A stretch of DNA of 64,000 nucleotides from Syntrophaceae bacterium (lineage in GTDB: Bacteria > Desulfobacterota > Syntrophia > Syntrophales > Smithellaceae): the NCBI GenBank assembly GCA_009773315.1, contig WRPE01000006.1:11157-75156 (forward strand), read 5' to 3'. A model generated the notes under the pieces. That model was not told where the DNA came from. It was given only the letters and a program-made list of their open reading frames with translations, and searched no databases. Below are positions 55,386-64,000 of the stretch, one piece after another. Position 1 is the first letter of the stretch, and each line of letters begins with the position of its first letter. The position numbers and the translations under genes were made by a program.

Positions 55386-56396
55386 TTAAAAAATGCCTTC
55401 CAGTTCCTTCCCACAATAGGAACATGAATTCCCCGATAGATGACGAGCAATAACTCTGTAACTATGACGATTAATTAAAAGTTTGTTGCAATTTGAGCAA
55501 TAGGTGTTTTCACCCTCGTCACCCGGCACATTACCGCTATACACATACTTTAAGCCGGCTTCTTTACCGATATGACGGGCGCGATGCAGCGAGGCGATAG
55601 GGGTTGAAGGCACCTTCAGCATTTTAAACTGCGGATGGAACCTGCTGATATGCCAAGGCGTTTCCGAACCAAGACTGGAAATAAAAGCGGCAATATCATT
55701 TAATTCTTCGAGAGAATCATTCAATCCCGGAATAAGCAACGTTGTGATTTCAATCCATATTCCACGATTCTTCATTTCCTTCAAACTGTCCAGAACCGGA
55801 TTGAGTCTCGCGCCACATTGTTTTTTATAAAACTCATCGCGAAAAGACTTTAAATCCACATTGGCGGCGTCAAGATAAGGCGCCATGATTTCAACAGATT
55901 CCGGCGTCATAAAACCATTCGTCACAAACACATTTTTGAGACCATCCCGGCGGGCGATCTTTGCGGTTTCCAAAGCGGTTTCCAAATAAACAGTCGGTTC
56001 CGTATAAGTATAAGCGATTGTTTTACAACCGCTTATTTTTGAGCGCTCCACAATGACCGCAGGCGCCGTATCTTCGCCTGTAATCATAAGGGTAGAACGG
56101 GGCATTTGAGATATTTCATGATTTTGGCAAAATTCGCAACTGAAATTGCAGCCGACCGTGGCAATGGAATAGGAGCGCGACGCTGGGTAAACATGAAAAA
56201 ATGGCTTCTTTTCAATAGGATCAACGTGCTCGGCAATCAGCGTCCCAAAAACCAGAGAGTACAGAATGCCATCCTTATTTTCTCTGACACTGCACAAGCC
56301 GCGCCGACCAGAGTTGATTTTACACCGGTGAGCGCATAATGCGCACTGCACGCGGGAATCGGTAAGTTTTTCATAAAGCAATGCTTCGCGTATCAT
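55386..56396 (-). CDS. amrS: AmmeMemoRadiSam-system-type radical SAM enzyme (PflA-like activase fold)
   Basis: 336-aa ORF with N-terminal CALCAHRC, the radical SAM CNFSCEFC (CxxxCxxC), and a C-terminal CSNC...CSYC zinc-ribbon-like pair. Confidence 0.75.
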   Translation of the reverse strand: MIREALLYEKLTDSRVQCALCAHRCKINSGRRGLCSVRENKDGILYSLVFGTLIAEHVDPIEKKPFFHVYPASRSYSIATVGCNFSCEFCQNHEISQMPRSTLMITGEDTAPAVIVERSKISGCKTIAYTYTEPTVYLETALETAKIARRDGLKNVFVTNGFMTPESVEIMAPYLDAANVDLKSFRDEFYKKQCGARLNPVLDSLKEMKNRGIWIEITTLLIPGLNDSLEELNDIAAFISSLGSETPWHISRFHPQFKMLKVPSTPIASLHRARHIGKEAGLKYVYSGNVPGDEGENTYCSNCNKLLINRHSYRVIARHLSGNSCSYCGKELEGIF

Positions 56397-57175
56397 CGCT
56401 CTTTCTCTTGCAGCATGCCCCGAACAGCTTCCGGAGCTGCCGCCTGCGTTTTCGTTTTCAGTTCGAATGAATTCATGATGGGATTTTGCACAGTTCGATA
56501 GGTATATCTGACTGGAAATACCATGCCGACAAACGCTCCCAGGGGGTTATTTTTCATGGGGAAAATTTCTTCAAACTCCGAAAAAAATGTATAAACCGGA
56601 TAAGGGAGATAAATCACGGACCCCCATGTGACAGAAAGGGTCGCCATTGTTTTGTTAATAATGGATTGCATTTCACCGATGGTGAAGAAACGAATGGCTG
56701 AGGTGACGGAAAAACCAAAAAGCTTCCGCACAGATTGTTGTGTCCCTACAAGAGAATATTTGTTGAAAAAACCGACAAAAACGCGGCTGCGGCTGACCCG
56801 GACGGCCTCCGCCATGACTTTTTGGGGATCATCCGCGGCCTGCAGACCATTGATTAAAGTGACGACATCAAATTCATTATCGGAAAAAGGAAGATCTGTG
56901 GCGTTTCCTTGGACCAATTCGCATCGATGACCGATTTTATTTCGCGCTAATGCCAGAGCAGTATCTGATGAGTCAATCCCCGTCAGGAGACAATTTTTCT
57001 GCTGGAACAGACGCAAATAGTTCCCTGTCCCGCACCCCACATCCAGCAATGCTTCACCGGCCAAAGGAGACACCAACTCCAGAATTAACTTCTCCTGCCG
57101 GGAAAATATATACCGGCCCGGTTCAGTTTCCAGCCATTGGTTCTCTGATGCGGCCTGAATTGGATCGAACAACAT
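56393..57175 (-). CDS. Class I SAM-dependent methyltransferase with extra C-terminal region
   Basis: 260-aa ORF with motif I (LLDVGCGTGNY). Its stop overlaps the radical SAM start (ATGA). Confidence 0.75.
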   Translation of the reverse strand: MLFDPIQAASENQWLETEPGRYIFSRQEKLILELVSPLAGEALLDVGCGTGNYLRLFQQKNCLLTGIDSSDTALALARNKIGHRCELVQGNATDLPFSDNEFDVVTLINGLQAADDPQKVMAEAVRVSRSRVFVGFFNKYSLVGTQQSVRKLFGFSVTSAIRFFTIGEMQSIINKTMATLSVTWGSVIYLPYPVYTFFSEFEEIFPMKNNPLGAFVGMVFPVRYTYRTVQNPIMNSFELKTKTQAAAPEAVRGMLQEKER

Positions 57176-57315
57176 GAAGCCAACCCCCTCATCAATTGCT
57201 GCATTACTTATAAATTTCCCCGCAACGCCATCCGCTGATACGAAATTCTGTTTATACGAACATCAACGCTTGGTTTATTATACTCAAAATCAAGATTATT
57301 GCATCAACGTATTGT

Positions 57316-58308
57316 TTAGCCGCCAATGTCCGACATATCGCGGTGACATTTTTTCAGATGCCTGTCCGTGCAATCCAGGTCGTGTTTTTCCGGTTTCAGT
57401 AAAATCGCTTGTTGGATAAGGGCGGCCAACTCGTCGTCATTGCAATGACGACTCAAAGCCGCTCTCAAATCGATTTCTTCATCCTTGAGCAGGCAGGCGC
57501 GTAATTTGCCGTCCGCCGTTAAGCGCAGGCGGTTGCAGATTGAACAAAAATGGTCGCTCACCGGATTAATAAAGCCAATCTCGCCTGCTCCGCCTTTAAC
57601 CTTATATATTCTGGCCGGACCGTCTGTTTTGTTTTTCTTGCCCGCTAAGGGTTCAAGCTTGAATTGTTTGCTGATTCTTTTGAATAACTGATTCGTCGGT
57701 AAAAAGTCTTCGGGTTGATTAGCGTTCACCCCACTAATCGGCATAAGCTCAATAAATCGGATTTGAAAAGGTTTTTTCAGCGCCAATTGCGCAAAATCGA
57801 GCACCTCATCATCATTGAAACCTTTTATCACAACCGCGTTAATTTTTATGGGTGAAAAACCAGCCTTTCCCGCGGCGGCAATGCCCCGAAACACATCGTC
57901 AAGATGGCCGCCTCTGGTTATTTGGAAGTACTTGTCTTTATTCAGAGAATCAAGACTGATATTGATTCTGGTGATCCCGGCCTTGAATATGTCTTCTGCG
58001 TATTGATCCAACAAAATGCCGTTAGTCGTTAAACTAATGTCCTGAAGACCTTGTATCTGCTTCAATGCAGCGGCAAATTTGACAAAGCCACGGCGGACGA
58101 GCGGCTCGCCCCCGGTTAACCGAACCTTGACCAGACCCATTTTAACCGTCTGGGAAACGATGCGGATAATTTCTTCATACCGGAGAATATCGTCATGCCC
58201 CTTCAGTGAAATTCCTTCTTTAGGCCGGCAATACGTGCAATGCAAATTGCATCGGTCCGTGATTGAAACCCGCAGATAATTTATGTCCCTGTCGTATTTA
58301 TCCAGCAT
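57316..58308 (-). CDS. moaA: GTP 3-prime,8-cyclase (molybdenum cofactor biosynthesis protein A)
   Basis: 330-aa ORF with the radical SAM CNLHCTYC and C-terminal CSICNRLRLTADGKLRAC. Confidence 0.9.
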   Translation of the reverse strand: MLDKYDRDINYLRVSITDRCNLHCTYCRPKEGISLKGHDDILRYEEIIRIVSQTVKMGLVKVRLTGGEPLVRRGFVKFAAALKQIQGLQDISLTTNGILLDQYAEDIFKAGITRINISLDSLNKDKYFQITRGGHLDDVFRGIAAAGKAGFSPIKINAVVIKGFNDDEVLDFAQLALKKPFQIRFIELMPISGVNANQPEDFLPTNQLFKRISKQFKLEPLAGKKNKTDGPARIYKVKGGAGEIGFINPVSDHFCSICNRLRLTADGKLRACLLKDEEIDLRAALSRHCNDDELAALIQQAILLKPEKHDLDCTDRHLKKCHRDMSDIGG

Positions 58309-58618
58309 GGCTTGAACCTAAAAACTCCTTTAATTATCTGACCGACGTTCATTAACATAAACTTTCCGACAAAACAACTTTTGCATTTTGATCCCGCTTA
58401 AGCGGGACGAGCGTTCATTCTCCGCGAGCTTGCTCGCGAGGTGTTGATTCAAGCAAATCATTCATAACCTATGATTATTATATATGCCCTCGAAACAAAA
58501 AGTGAAATGTTTCTTGACACGACGCTATTTCTCGTTTAAACGAAAATAAATCGAGTTTCCTGCCTGTTGTTGAACAATAAGATCACGTCAGAGCAAGGCC
58601 AAGTCATCTGGAGAAACT

Positions 58619-59092
58619 ATGGAGAAAATGCCCATAACCAAAGAGGGTTTCGAAAAATTGAAAAAAGAATTGGAAACCATTAAAAATGTCTCCATTCCGG
58701 AGAATATCAGAGATATTGAAATTGCGAGAGCTCATGGTGATCTTTCCGAAAACGCGGAATACTCCGCAGCAAAAGAACGTCAGTCCTATCTGTACGGCAA
58801 ATCACAGGAAATAGAAAACAATCTGGCTTCCTCCAACATTATACCGTTACCTGGAAAGATCAGCGGTAAAGTAGTATTCGGATGTTTTGTAGTCATCGCC
58901 GATAGCGACGGCGGCGAGGAAATCAAATATCAATTGGTTGGACCTTTTGAGTCGGATATCAATCAAAACAAAATTTCCGTGACGTCGCCGATCGGCAGAG
59001 CATTGATCGGAAAGAGCATCGATAGTCAAATTGTCGTTAAAACGCCTGGAGGAACCCGAAACTTTCAAATTATTGATATTTCAGTTGAATAA
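58619..59092 (+). CDS. greA: Transcription elongation factor GreA
   Basis: 157-aa ORF. It has an N-terminal coiled coil with the acidic tip (AHGDLSENAEYSAAKERQ) and a C-terminal SPIGRALIGK. Confidence 0.9.
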   Translation: MEKMPITKEGFEKLKKELETIKNVSIPENIRDIEIARAHGDLSENAEYSAAKERQSYLYGKSQEIENNLASSNIIPLPGKISGKVVFGCFVVIADSDGGEEIKYQLVGPFESDINQNKISVTSPIGRALIGKSIDSQIVVKTPGGTRNFQIIDISVE

Positions 59093-59139
59093 GCAATTAC
59101 AATACCCCAAAAGTCACATAGACAAATACTGATACTGAT

Positions 59140-59178
59140 AAAAAAGGCAGCCCATAGCGTAATGAGCTGCCTTTTTTA
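59140..59178. terminator. Bidirectional rho-independent terminator between greA and atpC
   Basis: AAAAAAGGCAGC ... GCTGCCTTTTTT: stem GGCAGC (59146-59151) / GCTGCC (59166-59171), flanked by an A tract and a T tract. Confidence 0.7.
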
Positions 59179-59200
59179 TCTATATTGCAACGAATTAGTT

Positions 59201-59611
59201 CTACGAAAATTTATCAGCAATGCTAATCCGGTTAATAGCCCGGGTAAGAGCTAAATGTATTTTTTCGTAATCATTATGTTCTTTTGTTATCTGCGACAAG
59301 CTGGCTGTTGCTTTTTCTTTTGCCTTATTTGCCCTGTCCTTGTCAATCGCATCGGCTCTTTCCGCCGTCTCAATCAACACAGTGACCTTACCCCCCGTTA
59401 CTTCCGCATAACCGGTATTGACGGCATAATATGTTTTTTTACCACTGGCAAGATAATAAAGCTCTCCAATATCCACAAAGGTTAAGAAGGGTTCATGGCC
59501 TCGCAACACACCAAAATCACCTTCTGTTCCGGGGATGGTCACTTCATCGACTTTTCCGGAAAAAACCATTTTCTCCGGCGTCACTACTTCAAGAATTAAT
59601 TCATCCGACAT
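59201..59611 (-). CDS. atpC: F1 ATP synthase epsilon subunit
   Basis: 136-aa ORF following atpD, with an N-terminal beta-sandwich pattern (LEVVTPEKMVFSG...V.IPG.EG.FGVL.GH). Confidence 0.9.
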   Translation of the reverse strand: MSDELILEVVTPEKMVFSGKVDEVTIPGTEGDFGVLRGHEPFLTFVDIGELYYLASGKKTYYAVNTGYAEVTGGKVTVLIETAERADAIDKDRANKAKEKATASLSQITKEHNDYEKIHLALTRAINRISIADKFS

Positions 59612-59626
59612 TGAAATCCTCGCTTA

Positions 59627-61093
<1,467 letters not shown>

Positions 61094-61969
61094 TTAACCT
61101 TTCGACAGAGCTTCGGTACCGCCAACTATATCCATCAACTCTGCCGTAATGGCCGCTTGTCTTGCTTTATTCATTTTCAGAGTCAGCGTGCTGATCAGTT
61201 CTTCACAGTTGCTGGTTGCGTTATCCATAGAGGCCATCCGCGCGCCATTTTCACCGGCTGACGTTTCCAGAAGAGCACGGAAAACCAAAACATGAACATA
61301 CATCGGCAGCAATTTATGCAGTAATACTTCATCCGATGGTTCATAAACATAATCCAAGCGCTTGTCAGATTCAACTTCAGTATCCTGACCAATCGACGGC
61401 AAAGGAAACAACCGGACAACCGTAGGCTTTTGGACTGAAACATTGACAAATTGGTTATAAATTAAATACAATTCATCGTATTCTTCCTTGATAAAAGGCG
61501 TAATGACTTCGTCAGCAATGGATACCGCCAATGTCATGTCAAATTTACTTAAGAGATCTACCTTTTGTGCAATAACATTCACCTTTTTCCGGAAATAATC
61601 TCTTCCTTTCCGGCCGACACTGATGAGTGCAATCTCTTTGCCTTCTTTGCCCTTCTCTCTTATAAATCGTTCAGTCGCTTTAATCAGATTTGTATTGAAG
61701 CCACCGCAAAGTCCCCGGTCGGACGTCATGCATATCACTCTGATTTTCTTGGGATCGCGGACGGTCAGCAGTGGGTGCGTCATGCTTTCCACGCGTAACG
61801 CCACACTATTCAGAACATCCATGAATTTTCCGGCGTAAGGCCGGAAATTTTCCATCTTCACCTGCGCCGATTTAAATTTAGATGCGGCAACCATGTTCAT
61901 GGCGCGTGTAATTTGCTTCGTCTTTGCAACAGCGCCAACTTTTCTTTTTATGTCTTTAAGCGAGGCCAC
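61094..61969 (-). CDS. atpG: F1 ATP synthase gamma subunit
   Basis: 291-aa ORF with an N-terminus (MASLKDIKRKVGAVAKTKQITRAMNMVAASK) typical of gamma. Confidence 0.92.
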   Translation of the reverse strand: MASLKDIKRKVGAVAKTKQITRAMNMVAASKFKSAQVKMENFRPYAGKFMDVLNSVALRVESMTHPLLTVRDPKKIRVICMTSDRGLCGGFNTNLIKATERFIREKGKEGKEIALISVGRKGRDYFRKKVNVIAQKVDLLSKFDMTLAVSIADEVITPFIKEEYDELYLIYNQFVNVSVQKPTVVRLFPLPSIGQDTEVESDKRLDYVYEPSDEVLLHKLLPMYVHVLVFRALLETSAGENGARMASMDNATSNCEELISTLTLKMNKARQAAITAELMDIVGGTEALSKG

Positions 61970-62007
61970 CGAAAATTCTCCTCAACTGTTTATTTTAGTT
62001 CAACAAT

Positions 62008-63522
62008 CTATTCCGCTACAAAAACGGAGTCGAATGCCGTCAGAGCATCCTTCATCTTCTTTTCCAATTCAGGAGAGATAATTTTCTTATCTTCTATTTC
62101 TTTAAGAATATCAGGATGTTTACTTTCAACAAAACTCAACAACTGCTTTTCATAGATCTGGACTTTATCAACATCGATTTTATCAATAAAACCCCTTGTT
62201 CCCGCAAACAGCACGACAATTTCCTGCCCCAGAGACATTGGCTGGTATTGCGGTTGTTTCAGTAACTCAACCAGACGGACACCGCGATCCAACTGCGCTT
62301 GTGTGGATTTGTCCAGATCGGAGCCGAATTGGGCAAATGCCGCCAGCTCCCGGAACTGGGCCAGATCAAGTTTCAGCGTGCCGGCAACCTGTTTCATCGC
62401 CTTCACCTGGGCGGCACCGCCGACGCGGGACACGGACAAACCGACGTTGATAGCCGGGCGGATACCGGAGAAGAACGAACTTGGTTCAAGATAAACCTGG
62501 CCGTCTGTAATCGAAATAACGTTTGTGGGAATATAGGCCGATACGTCGCCTGCCTGGGTTTCGATAATCGGCAGAGCTGTAAGCGATCCACCACCCAACT
62601 CCTGACTGACGCGGGCTGAGCGTTCCAGCAAACGGGAGTGGTTATAGAAAATGTCGCCGGGATAAGCTTCACGCCCGGGAGGACGACGTAAGAGCAGTGA
62701 AATCTGACGATAGGCAACAGCCTGTTTGGACAAGTCATCATAAACAATCAATGCGTCCTGACTTTTATCTCTGAAATATTCACCAATACTGCAACCGGCG
62801 TAAGCCGCAATATACTGAAGCGTTGCCGGGTCAGACGCGCAACCTGCAACAATGCATGTGTAAGACATCGCGTCATGCTGCCTTAATTTTTCCACAACCT
62901 GTGCCACGGTGGATTTCTTCTGGCCGATGGCGACATAGATACATTTGACGCCTGTGTCTTTCTGGCGAATGATCGCATCAATACAAATGGCTGTTTTACC
63001 AATTTGGCGATCACCGATAATGAGTTCACGCTGGCCACGACCGATCGGTGTCATGGCGTCAATGGCCTTGAGGCCCGTGTACATCGGCTGATTAACGGGT
63101 TGGCGTGCAATAACACCGGGAGCAACCATTTCAATACGGCGAAACTCGTTGGACTCGATGGGACCCTTGCCGTCCAGCGGTGCTCCCGTCGCGTCGATGA
63201 CACGGCCGAGCAGCGCTTCACCGACCGGAACCTGCGCAATTTTACCAGTTCTTTTAACGATATCGCCTTCTTTGATATGCGTAACCTCTCCCAAAACAGC
63301 AACACCGACATTATCTGCTTCCAGATTGAGCACCATGCCCAGGATACCGCCGGGGAATTCGAGAAGCTCCATGACCATTGCGTTTTGCACACCGTAAACT
63401 CTCGCGATACCGTCACCGACGGACAAGACAGTTCCCGTTTCGCTTATATCCAGCTTTTTTTCATAGCTTTTAATTTGCTCAGAAATAATTTGACTGATTT
63501 CTTCCGCCTTGATTGCTTCCAT
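62008..63522 (-). CDS. atpA: F1 ATP synthase alpha subunit
   Basis: 504-aa ORF with P-loop GDRQIGKT and the conserved alpha-subunit core. Confidence 0.95.
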   Translation of the reverse strand: MEAIKAEEISQIISEQIKSYEKKLDISETGTVLSVGDGIARVYGVQNAMVMELLEFPGGILGMVLNLEADNVGVAVLGEVTHIKEGDIVKRTGKIAQVPVGEALLGRVIDATGAPLDGKGPIESNEFRRIEMVAPGVIARQPVNQPMYTGLKAIDAMTPIGRGQRELIIGDRQIGKTAICIDAIIRQKDTGVKCIYVAIGQKKSTVAQVVEKLRQHDAMSYTCIVAGCASDPATLQYIAAYAGCSIGEYFRDKSQDALIVYDDLSKQAVAYRQISLLLRRPPGREAYPGDIFYNHSRLLERSARVSQELGGGSLTALPIIETQAGDVSAYIPTNVISITDGQVYLEPSSFFSGIRPAINVGLSVSRVGGAAQVKAMKQVAGTLKLDLAQFRELAAFAQFGSDLDKSTQAQLDRGVRLVELLKQPQYQPMSLGQEIVVLFAGTRGFIDKIDVDKVQIYEKQLLSFVESKHPDILKEIEDKKIISPELEKKMKDALTAFDSVFVAE

Positions 63523-63525
63523 GTC

Positions 63526-64000
63526 TTATCTTGCCTCCCCTAAGAGATTCCTCATATTATTCAATTGGTTTTTGATGCTGCCGTCATAAAGCGTATCACC
63601 AACACCAATGACTATGCCACCCAAAAGGCCAGTGTCATTTTCAACAGTCACTTCAACTTTCCGGCCAGTTACTTTCTCCAGATTAACACTAATGAAATCC
63701 TGCATTTCGCGAGATAGCGGAAATGCTGTTTTTATATTTACTCCCACCTTCTGCAATGATTCATCCATCATCTGTTTATAACAGATTTCTATATCTGAAA
63801 GAACGTCGATCCTTTTCTTATCGATCAGCAATTTCAAAAAATTGATCGTCATTGGAGAAAGTGATAATTTACCAATGATCTTCTCCAATACATTTTTCTT
63901 ACTGTCCTGTTCAAAGACCGGATTGGCTAAAAACCCTCCCAAATCCTTATTCTCTGCAATAACTGAAGAAAACTTCCCGAGTTCTTTGTAATATTGTTCC
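63526..64000 (-). CDS. atpH: F1 ATP synthase delta subunit (OSCP); N-terminus beyond window edge
   Basis: The track ORF starts at a TTG, but the frame stays open to the window end (...EQYYKELGKFSSVIAENKDLGGFLANPVF...). The position upstream of atpA fits atpH. Confidence 0.8.
   Translation of the reverse strand, partial: EQYYKELGKFSSVIAENKDLGGFLANPVFEQDSKKNVLEKIIGKLSLSPMTINFLKLLIDKKRIDVLSDIEICYKQMMDESLQKVGVNIKTAFPLSREMQDFISVNLEKVTGRKVEVTVENDTGLLGGIVIGVGDTLYDGSIKNQLNNMRNLLGEAR

Noticed and set aside
55083-55389. Two 88-aa ORFs on opposite strands
   Set aside because: They are encoded by the hairpin/REP-like cluster and AT-rich spacer. Peptides of the ...LRFARND... type are known artefacts of such repeats.

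Overview
This 64-kb window reads like the chromosome of an anaerobic Desulfobacterota/deltaproteobacterium-type organism; that assignment is inferred from gene content only. About 45 kb is conserved housekeeping, nearly all on the minus strand. On the left are a window-truncated ETF-linked membrane Fe-S oxidoreductase, etfA/etfB, acs, a sigma-54-type amtB-glnK-glnD nitrogen operon, an RRM/glycine-rich RNA-binding protein, an aminotransferase, an S1-domain protein, an M50 protease, a nitroreductase, pgi, tkt, a Ca-type P-type ATPase with TerB-like and cutA neighbours, a SpoU methyltransferase, lgt and trxB. On the right are tRNA-Arg(CCT), ftcD, a phosphoesterase, ftsY, smc, an AmmeMemoRadiSam-type radical SAM enzyme coupled to a methyltransferase, moaA, greA and atpC/D/G/A/(H). 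Two accessory blocks lie in the middle. (i) 27.6-35.0 kb is a TetR-headed plus-strand redox cluster: a ferredoxin-nitroreductase fusion, a Cys-rich 4Fe-4S protein, an 803-aa DUF362-like protein, an OYE/FadH-like flavoenzyme and a HesB-like protein. (ii) 35.1-48.6 kb is a defence-type island abutting the 3-prime end of tRNA-Arg. It holds two inverted paralogous COG1373-type ATPase/nuclease genes, a Type III-like mod-res pair followed by an AT-rich orphan (orf226), a decayed AlbA_2-type regulator, a diverged 335-bp duplicate of the mod 5-prime end, and a ~1430-aa SF1 helicase fused to a Vsr/DUF559-like endonuclease. The most notable calls are the giant helicase-nuclease and the ATPase/mod/res/orf226 array as candidate under-described defence systems. 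A split ORF at 24.2-25.6 kb is best explained as a selenocysteine (UGA) flavoprotein disulfide reductase with a SECIS-like hairpin. I saw no CRISPR array, rRNA, transposase or integrase. All family names come from motifs I recognise by eye; no database search was run.
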